From Gammaproteobacteria bacterium (lineage in GTDB: Bacteria > Pseudomonadota > Gammaproteobacteria > Pseudomonadales > Ketobacteraceae): 41,641 nt of DNA. The translations under genes were made by a program, and so were the position numbers. The stretch's first letter is position 1; every line of letters begins with the position of its first letter. Below, piece after piece: positions 1 through 11,016 of the stretch. The notes below the pieces were generated by a model. It had not been told where the DNA came from and did no database searches. It saw nothing but the letters and a program-made list of their open reading frames with translations. The stretch covers positions 1-41,641 of the forward strand of contig PDSR01000082.1 of NCBI GenBank assembly GCA_002748575.1, given 5' to 3'.

Positions 1-1823
1 GATTGTTCTGGTGCTGGCTTTGGTATTGTTTGTCAGTGGTTATAAGACCAGCGACATTATGTTGCGTCAAATGTCTGCGGATCAACAACGCATAGTAAAA
101 GTGGTGGCCTCGCAACTGGATGCCACGTACAGTTCTTTTCTACACAGAACCAATCGGCTTGCCGACACGTTTTCCAGCCTCTATCCCGATAACTTTGAAT
201 TTGATCGTAGCACGATGATGCAGATCGGTGATTCTAAAGCACCGATGGTTTTTCATCGAGGGGAATTAGTTAATCTGAATTTTGAACTGGTAGACCGTGT
301 TGCCAGCTTTACCGGAGGAAATGCCACAATATTTGTTCGTGATCAGGATGATTTTTTGCGGGTGACGACTTCACTAAAAAATCAGGAAGGTAACAGAGTT
401 GTAGGTACATTCCTCGGAAAAACGCATCCGGGTTACCGTATGCTTATGAATGGTGAGGTCTATATGGGCGAGGCAACCTTATTCGGTACCAGCTATATGA
501 CCCGTTACACCCCGGTTAAAGGAGACTCTGGAGAAGTCGAGGCAATCCTTTATGTTGGTCTGCCTATTTCTGATGTCATGAATGAATTGCGCAAGAAGTT
601 TTTGTCTCTGATGATTGGTGAAACCGGCTATCTGGGACTTATCGATTTAAAGGATCCTCGGGTACCAGAAAAACTTATCATCCATCAAACAGCCAATGGA
701 AAGTCATTTCGTGACGTTTATGGCGCTAGCCTGAAAGGGAAAATGGATCAAATATTTTCTGATGAATCCGGTGTGGTCGAATTTGTTGAAGCGGTAACTG
801 GCCGTGAAGCCAGTTTACTTTTCCAGCGAATAGGAGGCGGCAAGTGGTTGCTTTATACGGTGTGCTACCGTGATGAATTTATTGGCCCGATTTACAAACT
901 TTTATGGATTATGGCTGGGGTTTGTCTGGTAGCTGCGATATTGTTGGTGTTGATGCTTGGGTTTTTGCTCAGGAAGGGCCTGCATCCTATTGAGGTTATG
1001 CGTGATGTGCTGCATTACTCAAAGCTCGGGCAGTATTACGCAGTCAAGCGATAATATGCAGCACCTTTCCAGTGCCAGTCATGATGAGGCTGTACAGGTT
1101 TCGGAAGCTATTCGCAGAATGGCTGGTGCGATTGAAAATGTATCTGTCAGTACTGCGGCGGTTGCGCAGGATGCGGATATCACCTTGGATTTGTCAAAAT
1201 CAGGCAATCGAGTAATGTCTTCGGTCGTTTCCAGGGTGGAAAATCTGCAACAGGAATTTCAGCAGGCGGTTATTGCCGTAGAACGTTTGCGTAACGACAG
1301 CACCGCGATTGGTAAAGTGGTGGATGTTATTTCCTCGGTTGCAGAGCAAACTAACCTGCTGGCCCTGAATGCGGCTATTGAAGCTGCGCGAGCCGGTGAG
1401 CAAGGGCGAGGTTTTGCTGTGGTTGCCGATGAGGTCAGGACGCTGGCGCAGCGCACTCAGGAGTCTACCCAGGAAATCCAGCAAGTAGTTGCGACTTTGC
1501 AGGAAAATGCTGTTAAAGCATCCGGGCGCATGGAGTATGGCGTGGTTCAGATTGGTGACTGTGTAAAAGAAGTGGAACGAGGTGGGGACGTACTTACCAA
1601 AATACGTGTCGCTGCCGAAGAGGTCAGTAGTCATATGAAATCAGTAGCCAGTGCCACAGAAGAGCAAAGCGCTGTTGCCACTCAGATCAGTGGTAGCAGT
1701 GAAACGCTGCGAATTTCCGCAGAGCAGACCGCACAGGGTGCTAAGCAAAATGTGGAGGAAGGTGAACAGCTTTCCTATCAGGCTTTAGAGTTGCGCAACC
1801 AGGTGGCGAAGTTCAGAATTTGA
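1..1823 (+). pseudogene. Methyl-accepting chemotaxis protein, split by a frameshift; the 5' end runs off the window. It has a Cache_3-Cache_2-type periplasmic sensor, TM2 and an MCP signalling domain.
   Basis: ORF 11..1054 stays open to base 2 and starts in a TM1-like stretch (LVLALVLFVSGY). It carries a Cache-type sensor (GGNATIFVRDQDDFLRVTTSLKNQEGNRVVGTFLGKTHPGYRMLMNGEVYMGEATLFGTSYMTRYTPV) and TM2 ([22 protein letters not shown]). The signalling domain ([40 protein letters not shown]) lies in ORF 957..1823, offset by +1. The two frames overlap at 957-1054. Confidence 0.75.
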
Positions 1824-1839
1824 TTTAGGTAAGAAATAA

Positions 1840-2331
1840 ATGGACTTCTCAAGAGAAGATACCCATTGGATGAAGCAGGCACTGGCGCTTGCCGATAAAG
1901 CACTGCAGCTCGGTGAAGTGCCGGTGGGTGCGCTGATCGTTCAGCGTGGCGAGGTGATCGGTGAAGGGTTTAATCACCCGATTGGTTTGCACGATCCCAC
2001 GGCCCATGCCGAAATCATGGCGATTCGCGCTGCGTGTCAGCGGGTAGCCAATTATCGCCTCCCCGACACTACCCTTTATGTAACCCTGGAACCCTGCGCC
2101 ATGTGTGCGGGGGCTATTGTTCATGCTCGTATCAGTCGCGTGATAATAGCTGCCCTGGAGCCCAAAGCCGGTGCCATTGAAAGCACGCAGCAGTTTTTTC
2201 AACAGCCGCAATTAAATCATCGTGTTGACGCTCAGTCTGGTTTGTTGCAACCTGAAGCCAGCGCACTGTTATCCAGTTTTTTCAAACATCGCAGGCAACA
2301 AAAGAAAGCTGCAAAAAGAGCCGCCGAATAG
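1840..2331 (+). CDS. tadA: tRNA-specific adenosine deaminase TadA
   Basis: CDA zinc motifs HAEIMAIR and PCAMCAGA are present. Size is 163 aa. It sits next to mltF and purL, as in E. coli. Confidence 0.93.
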   Translation: MDFSREDTHWMKQALALADKALQLGEVPVGALIVQRGEVIGEGFNHPIGLHDPTAHAEIMAIRAACQRVANYRLPDTTLYVTLEPCAMCAGAIVHARISRVIIAALEPKAGAIESTQQFFQQPQLNHRVDAQSGLLQPEASALLSSFFKHRRQQKKAAKRAAE

Positions 2332-2372
2332 TTTATGCTTAATCAGTTATAGAGTTTTTTGGGGGGGATAGT

Positions 2373-2990
2373 ATGGCTGCCACCAGTAAATTTTTTGCCT
2401 ATTTGGAGCGTCTGCGCTGGATAAAACGCTGGGGCCTGAAGCGCAATGTGGTGGAAGAAAATGTGATGGAGCACAGTTGGCAAGTGGCAACGATCAGCCA
2501 TGTGCTGGCAGTTATTCATCAGAAAAAATTTAATGGCGATATCGATCCCGGCCAGGTCGCTACAGCGGCACTGTACCATGATGTGTCTGAAATTATTACC
2601 GGCGATTTACCTTCACCCATTAAGTACCATTCAGACCGTATTCTAACGGCCTATCGAATGATCGAGCGTGAAGCCGAAGAAGAGTTGCTTGGCCTTTTGC
2701 CATTAAATATGCAGGCGGATTTCGCAGATATTCTAATTCACGAAAATATAAATAAGAAGGTTGCCCGGTTTGTGAAAGCAGCAGATTTAATCAGTGCATT
2801 TTTGAAATGTCGGCTGGAAGTTAATTCGGGCAATCACGAATTTGATGATGCCCAAAAAGCAGTGGAAGAGGCGATACGCCAGTTAAGCATGCCCGAGGTG
2901 GATTATTTTATGACGACTTTTGTAGACAGTTATCTGTTGACATTAGACGAGCTGTTAAAGCAGCACGACAAAACGCTCAAGGGTGCTTAA
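2373..2990 (+). CDS. yfbR: 5'-deoxynucleotidase, HD-domain, YfbR family
   Basis: The YfbR-like N-terminus RLRWIKRW..NVMEHSWQVA and the HD motif LYHDVSEIITGDLPSPIKY are present. A G-rich RBS precedes the ATG. Confidence 0.85.
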   Translation: MAATSKFFAYLERLRWIKRWGLKRNVVEENVMEHSWQVATISHVLAVIHQKKFNGDIDPGQVATAALYHDVSEIITGDLPSPIKYHSDRILTAYRMIEREAEEELLGLLPLNMQADFADILIHENINKKVARFVKAADLISAFLKCRLEVNSGNHEFDDAQKAVEEAIRQLSMPEVDYFMTTFVDSYLLTLDELLKQHDKTLKGA

Positions 2991-4459
2991 TGTAGCAGTT
3001 CATCAAGCATGGCAACAACATTCTGCGGGGCGGGCACATATTGTTGTCGTTCTCGCTCAGTGGCCCAAACCAGTGATTCATAATAGCGACGTACATTCTT
3101 AACATAATGCACCGATTGAATACCACCACGAGCATAGCCATGAGGTACTTTGCTGTAGTACTGGCGTTTCTTCAGTAAAGGTAGCCGTTTCTTAATTTCG
3201 AACCAGTCATTAGGGTCGGCATTATCCATAACAGCCAGGCGGCGGGCATCCATTACATGGCCATAACCGGTATTGTAGGCTGCCAGTGCAAACCAGGAAC
3301 GGTGGGGCTCATGGATTTGGCCGGGTAAGCGGTCGTATAATTTTTTGAAGTAACGGGCACCGCCTTGAATAGATTGCTTTGCGTTGCGCCGGTTTGATAC
3401 GCCCATTTCGCGGGCAGTACGCAAGGTCAGCATCATCAGCCCGGTCACGCCGGTGGGCGAGATGGCGTTAGGATTCCATAGTGATTCCTGATAACTAATG
3501 GCTGCCAGCAGTCGCCAATCCATATTCAGTTCTTGAGCAGATTGCTTAAACCCATCTTCATATTTTGGCAGGCGGCGATCCATGTGCCGAATAAAGGTTC
3601 GTGCCCCCACATAATCAAAATAACGATGGCCGTAAAAACGCTCCCGAAGTTCTTCCAAGGTGCCATCATCATTAATTTGATTAAAAAATAATTCTGCTGC
3701 CGTATACAGACTGGCGTCTTCCTGTTGGTTAAGCGCCCATGCAAGTGGCTCGGATTCTTTAACGTCGAATGCAATCCGCAGTTCCGGAAAAATGTCGCGG
3801 TGTAATTGGAATACATTGGAATCTACTACGGCGTATTTTACGTTGTTGCCTGGGTTGTGTACCTGGTTAAGCAAGTCCAACATGGATGTATTGGCTTGTT
3901 CCTGCCATTCAAGTGTTGCTAATTGTTGGTTAGCGGATTTAAGTCGCTTTAAGTTTTCTGCGTGGCTGCTGTTGGCAATTACCACCAGTTCATTGGGGTT
4001 AAGATCTTCCAATGACCGGGGTTTTCCGGTGCCTCTGCGATATACCAGGCTGTGGGAAACCTGCTGATAGGGTGGGGTAAAACGAAAATGTTGACTACGA
4101 TCACGGGTAACGCTCAGTCCGGCTGCTGCAAGGTGAACTTCACCCTTTTCAACTGCAGTTAACAGCGAGCCCAAGTCGTTAAAAGTGACGAGCTTTAAAT
4201 CGACATTCAGGTGTTCGGCAAATTTTTTCGCAAGTTCATATTCCAGGCCGGTTTCTTTATCGAGCTCGGTGTAATAGGTAGTAGGGCCTGTTTGGGTGGC
4301 AACGACCAGTTCTCCGGATTGTTTGATACGCTCTAACAGGGGTTGTTCTGGCTGGCAGGCAGGAACCAGGATCAGGCAGGCAAGCAGTCCATAGGCCCAC
4401 ATTTTTTTATAAGCAGATTGTATAACTCTTATAAATGCTCGCATGGTTTTCAGTGGCAT
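2987..4459 (-). CDS. mltF: Membrane-bound lytic murein transglycosylase F (SBP_bac_3 domain plus SLT domain)
   Basis: The N-terminal solute-binding-like domain (GELVVATQTGPTTYY) is followed by an SLT catalytic region (AISYQESLWNP..SPTGVTGLMMLT...AAYNTGYGHV). Alternative internal starts are possible (M6, M20). Confidence 0.9.
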   Translation of the reverse strand: MPLKTMRAFIRVIQSAYKKMWAYGLLACLILVPACQPEQPLLERIKQSGELVVATQTGPTTYYTELDKETGLEYELAKKFAEHLNVDLKLVTFNDLGSLLTAVEKGEVHLAAAGLSVTRDRSQHFRFTPPYQQVSHSLVYRRGTGKPRSLEDLNPNELVVIANSSHAENLKRLKSANQQLATLEWQEQANTSMLDLLNQVHNPGNNVKYAVVDSNVFQLHRDIFPELRIAFDVKESEPLAWALNQQEDASLYTAAELFFNQINDDGTLEELRERFYGHRYFDYVGARTFIRHMDRRLPKYEDGFKQSAQELNMDWRLLAAISYQESLWNPNAISPTGVTGLMMLTLRTAREMGVSNRRNAKQSIQGGARYFKKLYDRLPGQIHEPHRSWFALAAYNTGYGHVMDARRLAVMDNADPNDWFEIKKRLPLLKKRQYYSKVPHGYARGGIQSVHYVKNVRRYYESLVWATERERQQYVPAPQNVVAMLDELLH

Positions 4460-4734
4460 ATCCGGTGTGTCAAACGACTAGCCAGGTGATCAACTAAGTT
4501 ACCAATGGTGAAGTTAGATTTGACCTGCCTAAAAAGTGATCACATTATAACCAGTGTGGCTAAAGAAGTCGAACTTTTGTGAGACTGTCGGAATAATCCG
4601 CTGTTTTTATATGTTTATAAGTTATTAACGGTCTTTTGCGAATAGGCATCCTTTGCCTAAGCTTAAAGCTACAATAAAAGAAAATTTTTACAGAGCTTAG
4701 TAGACAATTCCGTTACAGGTTGGAGAATAAGAGC

Positions 4735-5898
4735 ATGAATAAGTCGGTATCAGAAAAGCTGTTTGTATCGCTGGCCGTTATTGTATTAGTGCAGGTTGTT
4801 TACATGGGCTGGGCAGTGTCTGGTGCCGATAATGCAGGCAAGCTGATCGCTATTGGTGTGGTGCTGGGTTTGCTTTCTTTTGTTGCCGCTTTTATGTGGT
4901 TAAAAAAATTGGGTGTGGGAGAGCCTGACAAAGCCACTGCTGTACTGCAAGGTATTCTTGATGGCTCCAGAGGATTTTCTTCCCGCCTTCCGGAAAGTGA
5001 TGATGTTCCCATCAATGCTGCTGTTAATAGTGTACTGGCTCATTTTGAAAACAATATAGAGCATGCAGCTGGTAATGTGGATCGTATCAAGGTGCTGTCG
5101 AAAGAATTATTTAAAATAATGGCCGATAATGGTGGTTCAAGCCGTTTACAAGTTGATGCGCGTGAAGTCGTGGACACGGTCTCTCATCTTACTGGCGCGG
5201 TGCATGAAGCTTCGCAGAATGCATCAACCGCAGCGCAGGCAGCGCGAGATGCCAGCAGCGAAGCTGATAGTGGGCAGAGTGTGGTAAATAAGGTGACATC
5301 TTCCATCCATTCGTTAGCCGACGAGGTGGAGCGTGCGGCAGCAGCGATTCAAAAGCTTGAATCCGACAGTGAATCCATCGGTGCTATTCTGGAAGTTATT
5401 CGTGGCATTGCTGATCAAACTAATTTACTGGCATTGAATGCGGCTATTGAGGCTGCCCGGGCAGGCGAGCAGGGACGTGGCTTTGCGGTGGTAGCTGACG
5501 AAGTGCGTACATTGGCGCAACGCACGCAGGAGGCAACCGAAGAGATTAATGATATGATTGCACGCTTGCAGGAAGGCTCCAGCAACGCGGTAAAAGTGAT
5601 GGCAGAAGGTCGCAGGCAGGCAGAACTGAGTGTTGAGCAGGCTTCCCAGGCGGGTGAGTCGCTGCAGGCCATTACCGGGGCCATCAGTTCGATCAGTACC
5701 ATGAATGAACAGATCGCTGCGGCGGTTGAACAGCAAACTACCGCAGCTGATAGCATTAATCGCAGTCTTTCCAGTATGAGCGAAGCTGTCTCAGCTGGTA
5801 CGCAACGCACAGCAGAGTGCACTCATTTAAGTTCCGAAATTGAAGGGGCTGTGGCAGATCTTGATCGGGTGATTGGTAAGTTAAGCAAAACGGCTTAA
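4735..5898 (+). CDS. Methyl-accepting chemotaxis protein with two N-terminal TM helices and almost no periplasmic loop
   Basis: GGAG lies 8 nt upstream of the ATG at 4735; the ORF track begins at TTG 4720. The TM helices are [20 protein letters not shown] and [20 protein letters not shown], separated only by SGADNAGK. The MCP hairpin tip is [39 protein letters not shown]. Confidence 0.9.
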   Translation: MNKSVSEKLFVSLAVIVLVQVVYMGWAVSGADNAGKLIAIGVVLGLLSFVAAFMWLKKLGVGEPDKATAVLQGILDGSRGFSSRLPESDDVPINAAVNSVLAHFENNIEHAAGNVDRIKVLSKELFKIMADNGGSSRLQVDAREVVDTVSHLTGAVHEASQNASTAAQAARDASSEADSGQSVVNKVTSSIHSLADEVERAAAAIQKLESDSESIGAILEVIRGIADQTNLLALNAAIEAARAGEQGRGFAVVADEVRTLAQRTQEATEEINDMIARLQEGSSNAVKVMAEGRRQAELSVEQASQAGESLQAITGAISSISTMNEQIAAAVEQQTTAADSINRSLSSMSEAVSAGTQRTAECTHLSSEIEGAVADLDRVIGKLSKTA

Positions 5899-5920
5899 TT
5901 ATTGACCCATGTTTTTCTTA

Positions 5921-5953
5921 AGCCAGGCTCGGGTGAGTCTGGCTTTTTTTGTT
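5921..5953 (+). terminator. Rho-independent terminator downstream of the MCP gene
   Basis: A 10-bp stem pairs agccaggctc (5921-5930) with gagtctggct (5935-5944), including one G-U pair. The loop is gggt and a T7 run follows. Confidence 0.75.
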
Positions 5954-5980
5954 TCGGAAGCGGCAATCTGGCTGCCGCTC

Positions 5981-6009
5981 TTTCTCGCAAACCGCTAATT
6001 GCCTATAAT
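5981..6009 (+). promoter_or_regulatory. Candidate sigma70 promoter for purL
   Basis: A perfect -10 hexamer TATAAT sits at 6004-6009, about 74 nt upstream of the purL ATG. The -35 region is poor (TTTCTC/TTCTCG). Confidence 0.3.
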
Positions 6010-6082
6010 AGCCACCTTTGAAAAACACCCTCTTGGGGAAAACACCTTCTTGGACAGTTCCACTCACTCACACGAGATCAAC

Positions 6083-9000
6083 ATGTTAGAACTTCGTGGC
6101 GCTCCCGCCCTTTCTGCTTTTCGTTGTAATAAATTATTGGATCAGCTGAAAGCTCAGCTGCCTGGTGTCACCGGCCTGTATGCTGAATTTATGCATTTTG
6201 TGGATACCGATTCTGAACTTACTGAACAGGATCTTGGTGTACTTGATCGCTTGTTGCAATACGGCCCATCGGCAGAGGTTCAGCCTTTGCAGGGTGTGCT
6301 TATCCTGGTTTTACCGCGCCCGGGAACGATTTCCCCGTGGTCGAGCAAGGCCAGCGATATAGCCCATAACTGCGGCTTGAGTGCAGTAAAACGAGTGGAA
6401 CGAGGCATTGCCTATTATGTATCCGGGGAACTCAGCGCCGCAGACAAAGCAACTGCCGCAGATGTTTTGCATGATCGCATGGTAGAAGCGGTGTACTACG
6501 ATCTTGCCGATGCCGCGCAGTTGTTCGCCGTTCATCAGCCCCAGCCATTAACCACCGTTGATGTTGTAGGTGGTGGCCGTGAAGCGCTTGCTACTGCGAA
6601 TAACGAACTGGGCCTGGCGCTGGCTGAAGACGAAATTGATTATCTGGTAGCCAGTTTTCAGGAGCTGCAAAGAAACCCCACCGATGTGGAATTAATGATG
6701 TTCGCCCAGGCGAACTCAGAACATTGCCGCCACAAAATCTTTAACGCCGACTGGACGATTGATGGCCAGTCGCAGGATATGTCGTTATTTGGCATGATCC
6801 GTAACACCCATAAAGTCAGCCCGGAGGGTGTACTATCGGCCTACTCAGATAACGCAGCGGTGATCAAAGGCCATCAGGCAGGGCTGTTTTTCCCGAACCC
6901 GGAGAGCAAGGCATACCAGTTCAATCAGGAACCGGTACATATTTTAATGAAGGTGGAAACCCATAACCACCCAACAGCTATTGCCCCTTACCCTGGTGCA
7001 TCCACCGGTGCCGGTGGTGAAATCCGCGACGAAGGTGCTACCGGGCGAGGCTCCAAACCGAAAGCGGGTTTAACCGGGTTTACGGTTTCCAATTTGAAGA
7101 TTCCCGGCTATCAGCAGCCCTGGGAAAACGACTATGGTAAACCGGCCCGTATTGTTTCTGCCCTGGATATTATGGTGGAAGGCCCGCTAGGCGGGGCCGG
7201 TTTCAATAATGAATTTGGCAGGCCCAATCTGTGCGGCTATTTTCGAACCTACGAAGAAAAAGTCACCACGGTTAACGGTGAAGAAGTACGCGGTTATCAC
7301 AAACCCATTATGATTGCCGGTGGCCATGGCAGCATTCGTGAAGACCTTGTAGAAAAAGGCGGCATTCCCACGGGTGCCAAGCTGATTGTATTGGGTGGCC
7401 CGGCTATGTTGATTGGCCTGGGTGGTGGTGCTGCCTCGTCAATGGCAACCGGTTCCAGCCATGAAGATCTGGATTTTGCCTCGGTACAGCGGGAAAATCC
7501 GGAAATAGAGCGCCGTTGTCAGGAAGTGATCGACCGATGCTGGCAGCGGGGCGATGCCAACCCCATCAGCTTTATTCACGATGTGGGTGCGGGTGGATTA
7601 AGTAATGCCATGCCTGAGCTGGTGAAAGATGGTGGCCGCGGTGGTCGCTTTGATTTACGCGCTATACCCAACGACGAACCCGGTATGTCGCCAGTGGAAA
7701 TCTGGTGTAACGAATCCCAAGAGCGTTATGTGCTGGCCGTTGCACCGGAAAACCTGGATGTATTTGCCGCCATTTGTGAGCGCGAGCGTTGCCCGTTTGC
7801 GGTTATCGGTGAAGCCACTGAAGAGCATCACCTTACTCTGGGCGATGATCACTTTAATAATAAACCGGTGGATCTACCCATGTCGGTTCTGTTTGGTAAG
7901 CCGCCTAAAATGCACCGGCAGTTTACATCCGTGTCGGCAGAGCAGCCGGCTGTGGATACCGATGGTATTGAAATGCGTGATGCCGTGTACCGGGTATTAA
8001 AACTGCCTGCGGTTGCCAGCAAAAGCTTTCTGATCACCATTGGGGATCGCTCCATTACCGGCCTGGTGGCACGGGATCAAATGGTTGGCCCCTGGCAGGT
8101 GCCGGTGAGTAACGCGGCTGTGACCACGACCACGCTTGATGTATTAACCGGCGAAGCCATGGCTATGGGTGAAAGAACCCCGGCGGCACTGATTGATGCA
8201 CCAGCTTCCGGGCGCATGGCCGTTGGTGAATCGATCACCAACATTGCCAGTGCCTCGATTGAAAATATCTCGGACATTCGCCTGTCTGCCAACTGGATGT
8301 GTGCCGCTGGTTACAACGGTGAAGATCAGGCGCTGTTTAACACGGTCAAAACCGTGGGTATGGAGCTTTGCCCGCAACTGGGTATAGCCATTCCGGTGGG
8401 CAAAGATTCCATGTCGATGCGCACCGTGTGGGACGATGCCGGTGAATCAAAAAGTGTTACTGCGCCGCTATCGTTAATTATTACCGCGTTCGCTCCGGTG
8501 GATGATGTTCGTAAAACCGTGACACCGCAGTTGCAAAAAGAGGCCGGAAAAACCCGGTTACTGCTGATTGATTTGGGCCAGGGCAAAAACCGCTTGGGCG
8601 CAACTGCCTTTGCGCAGGTTTTTAACCAGCTTGGCAATGAATGTGCCGATGTTGACAGCCCCGAGCAATTAGTCAGTTTCTTCAATATTCTGCAAGGGCT
8701 GAAAGCTGAAGATCAATTACTTGCCTACCATGATCGCTCCGATGGTGGTTTGTTGGCGTTACTGGCAGAAATGTGTTTTGCCGGCCATACCGGTGTTGAT
8801 ATAGATCTGACTCCTTTAGGTGCTGATGCCGAACCCTTTCCTGTATTGTTCAATGAAGAACTGGGTGCGGTGATTCAGGTTGCCGAAAAACAAGCAGGCG
8901 CGATACTGGAGCAGTTCAGTGAACAGGGTATTGCCGCTTACGATATCGGCACCCTAAATGATCGTGACACGCTCACCATTAACTTGAATGGCAGTGCCGT

Positions 9001-9970
9001 TATTAACGAACAGCGCGTTGCTTTACAGCAGGCGTGGTCTGAAACCAGTTATCAGATTCAGGCTATTCGTGATAACAGCCAGTGTGCCCATCAGGAATTT
9101 CAGCAGCTTGCCCGTGCTGGCGATCCGGGTGTTTCCCCTGTTGTCAGCTTCGATGCCAACGAAGATATAACAGCACCCTTTGTTAATGTGGGCACCAGGC
9201 CCAAAGTGGCGATTTTGCGAGAGCAGGGCGTTAATGGCCAGATTGAAATGGCGGGCGCATTCACTGCGGCTCGCTTCGAAGCCATTGACGTGCATATGAG
9301 TGATATTTTAAATGGCAGCGTTGATCTGGCTGATTTTAAAGGTGCGATAGCCTGTGGTGGCTTCTCCTATGGCGACGTGCTGGGCGCCGGTGAGGGCTGG
9401 GCAAAGTCGATTTTATTTAACCCCAGAGCCCGCGATCAGTTCCAGGCTTTCTTCAACCGGGACGATACCTTTGCTCTTGGTGTTTGTAATGGTTGTCAGA
9501 TGCTGTCTAACCTGCACGAATTAATTCCCGGCACCGATCATTGGCCGCACTTTGTGCGTAACCACTCCGAGCAATTCGAAGCGCGCTTTAGTGTTGTTGA
9601 AATTCAGGCATCGCCTTCGATTATGTTGCAAGGCATGGAAGGCACCCGCCTGCCGATTGCCGTTGCCCATGGCGAAGGCCGTGCCGAGTTTAAAACAGCG
9701 GATCATTTGGCCGGTTTGGATAGCTCTGGCCTGGTTGCCATGCGCTATGTGGATAACTGGGGTTCGGTAACAGAAACTTACCCTGCCAACCCGAACGGTT
9801 CACCGCGAGGCATTACCGGTGTCAGCAGCCTTGATGGCCGCGTTACCATTATGATGCCCCACCCGGAAAGGGTATACCGTACCGTGCAAATGTCGTGGCA
9901 TCCGGCCGACTGGGGTGCAGATAGCCCCTGGTTAAGAATGTTCAGAAATGCTCGCAAGTGGGTCGGCTAA
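6083..9970 (+). CDS. purL: Phosphoribosylformylglycinamidine synthase, large single-chain form
   Basis: It starts at [14 protein letters not shown], the typical PurL N-terminus. A C-terminal glutamine amidotransferase motif (GVCNGCQML) is present. Length is about 1295 aa. The 5999..6082 part of the tracked ORF is an upstream read-through. Confidence 0.96.
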   Translation: MLELRGAPALSAFRCNKLLDQLKAQLPGVTGLYAEFMHFVDTDSELTEQDLGVLDRLLQYGPSAEVQPLQGVLILVLPRPGTISPWSSKASDIAHNCGLSAVKRVERGIAYYVSGELSAADKATAADVLHDRMVEAVYYDLADAAQLFAVHQPQPLTTVDVVGGGREALATANNELGLALAEDEIDYLVASFQELQRNPTDVELMMFAQANSEHCRHKIFNADWTIDGQSQDMSLFGMIRNTHKVSPEGVLSAYSDNAAVIKGHQAGLFFPNPESKAYQFNQEPVHILMKVETHNHPTAIAPYPGASTGAGGEIRDEGATGRGSKPKAGLTGFTVSNLKIPGYQQPWENDYGKPARIVSALDIMVEGPLGGAGFNNEFGRPNLCGYFRTYEEKVTTVNGEEVRGYHKPIMIAGGHGSIREDLVEKGGIPTGAKLIVLGGPAMLIGLGGGAASSMATGSSHEDLDFASVQRENPEIERRCQEVIDRCWQRGDANPISFIHDVGAGGLSNAMPELVKDGGRGGRFDLRAIPNDEPGMSPVEIWCNESQERYVLAVAPENLDVFAAICERERCPFAVIGEATEEHHLTLGDDHFNNKPVDLPMSVLFGKPPKMHRQFTSVSAEQPAVDTDGIEMRDAVYRVLKLPAVASKSFLITIGDRSITGLVARDQMVGPWQVPVSNAAVTTTTLDVLTGEAMAMGERTPAALIDAPASGRMAVGESITNIASASIENISDIRLSANWMCAAGYNGEDQALFNTVKTVGMELCPQLGIAIPVGKDSMSMRTVWDDAGESKSVTAPLSLIITAFAPVDDVRKTVTPQLQKEAGKTRLLLIDLGQGKNRLGATAFAQVFNQLGNECADVDSPEQLVSFFNILQGLKAEDQLLAYHDRSDGGLLALLAEMCFAGHTGVDIDLTPLGADAEPFPVLFNEELGAVIQVAEKQAGAILEQFSEQGIAAYDIGTLNDRDTLTINLNGSAVINEQRVALQQAWSETSYQIQAIRDNSQCAHQEFQQLARAGDPGVSPVVSFDANEDITAPFVNVGTRPKVAILREQGVNGQIEMAGAFTAARFEAIDVHMSDILNGSVDLADFKGAIACGGFSYGDVLGAGEGWAKSILFNPRARDQFQAFFNRDDTFALGVCNGCQMLSNLHELIPGTDHWPHFVRNHSEQFEARFSVVEIQASPSIMLQGMEGTRLPIAVAHGEGRAEFKTADHLAGLDSSGLVAMRYVDNWGSVTETYPANPNGSPRGITGVSSLDGRVTIMMPHPERVYRTVQMSWHPADWGADSPWLRMFRNARKWVG

Positions 9971-10008
9971 TTAGTGCTAGGCATGAATTGCCCCTGAGGT
10001 AACAGGCT

Positions 10009-10326
10009 ATGTATAAAATCGCCTTTTTTGTACCAGAAGAACATAAAGAAGCCGTAAAACAGGCTGTTTTTAATGTGGGTGCGGGCAGAATTGGCGATTA
10101 CGATAGTTGCAGTTGGGAAACACTGGGGGTTGGTCAGTTTCGGCCTTTACCGGGGGCCAACCCCTTTATCGGCAAGCAGGGCGATATAGAGCAGGTTCAG
10201 GAATACCGGGTGGAACTGGTTTGCCGTGATGAGTTGGTCAAAGATGCTATTCTGGCGCTGAAACAGGCGCACCCTTACGAAGAACCGGCTTACGATGTCT
10301 GGAGGGTTGATCAGGTGGTGTATTAG
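10009..10326 (+). CDS. Small YqfO/NIF3 C-terminal-domain family protein
   Basis: This 105-aa protein carries AGRIGDYDSCSW...GQFRPLPGANPFIG...HPYEEPAYDVWRV, a pattern I recognise from small NIF3-related proteins of Pseudomonas-like genomes. Confidence 0.7.
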   Translation: MYKIAFFVPEEHKEAVKQAVFNVGAGRIGDYDSCSWETLGVGQFRPLPGANPFIGKQGDIEQVQEYRVELVCRDELVKDAILALKQAHPYEEPAYDVWRVDQVVY

Positions 10327-10378
10327 CCTTTGTAACAAATGCGACGATTCTGCCAGAGTTGCACTGCCTCAACTAATA

Positions 10379-10954
10379 CTACTTCTGCCGGTGATGCCTG
10401 AAGGCATCTATATCTTCAAGCCTGATTGCAAAGCTGTTGTTATGGCGGTCTGCAAAGAAGTGTTTCAAGGTTTTATAAATGGTTGGAAAGGCAAGCGCAT
10501 TCCAGGGGATTTCATCTTCTTCAAACAGCTGGCATTCCAGGCTTTCTTCTCCTGCACCAAATTTGCCGTCGATAACCTCACCGCGAAAGAACATATAAAC
10601 CTGATTGATATGGGGCAGGTTAAATAATGTATAAAGGCTCACCCCTTCCAGCTTTGCTTCTGCTTCTTCCCAGGTTTCCCTTAACGCGGCTTCCTGGGTC
10701 GTTTCGCCGTTTTCCATAAAACCAGCGGGTAGTGTCCAGTAGCCTTTTCTGGGTTCAATGGCCCTTCTGCAAAGCAATACTTTACTGCCCACCATAGGTA
10801 CGGTGCCTGCAATGATGCGGGGATTAAAGTAGTGAATAAAGCCACATTCGTCGCAAATGTGACGTTCTCTGGTGTCACCTTCCGGTATTTTTAGTGATAC
10901 TTTACTGCCGCACTGGCTACAAAATTTCATGGGGTGTTTATGCCCTGGCTCCAC
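10379..10954 (-). CDS. NUDIX hydrolase with an N-terminal zinc ribbon
   Basis: The zinc ribbon is CSQCG...CDECG and the Nudix box is GFMENGETTQEAALRETWEEAEA. The more likely start is MKFCSQCG at 10930. Confidence 0.85.
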   Translation of the reverse strand: MEPGHKHPMKFCSQCGSKVSLKIPEGDTRERHICDECGFIHYFNPRIIAGTVPMVGSKVLLCRRAIEPRKGYWTLPAGFMENGETTQEAALRETWEEAEAKLEGVSLYTLFNLPHINQVYMFFRGEVIDGKFGAGEESLECQLFEEDEIPWNALAFPTIYKTLKHFFADRHNNSFAIRLEDIDAFRHHRQK

Positions 10955-11016
10955 ATTCTGAATAACTTTGGCAGTATAAACTTAAGAAAGTCAGAATGGC
11001 TAGAGCAGAAACACGC

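Noticed and set aside
1344-1460. An apparent repeat links the two MCP genes (1344-1460 versus ~5413-5530). It could suggest recent duplication or recombination.
   Set aside because: Protein identity is complete across the hairpin tip, but the nucleotide sequences differ at many synonymous positions. This is the universally conserved MCP tip in old paralogs, not a repeat element.
4561-4597. A possible FliA (sigma28) promoter, TAAAG...TCGGAATAA, lies upstream of the MCP gene.
   Set aside because: The spacing between the TAAAG and the GCCGATAA-like element is about 22 nt rather than about 15. The -10 element also has mismatches.
5986-5994. A PurR-box-like half-site (CGCAAACCG) lies upstream of purL.
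   Set aside because: Only one half of the 16-bp palindrome (ACGCAAACGTTTGCGT-like) is present; the second half does not match. PurR regulation is also not established for Pseudomonas-like lineages.
5999-6082. An N-terminal extension of purL ([16 protein letters not shown]...) appears in the ORF track.
   Set aside because: The canonical PurL N-terminus [11 protein letters not shown] starts at ATG 6083. The extension overlaps the candidate promoter and begins at a non-ATG codon.
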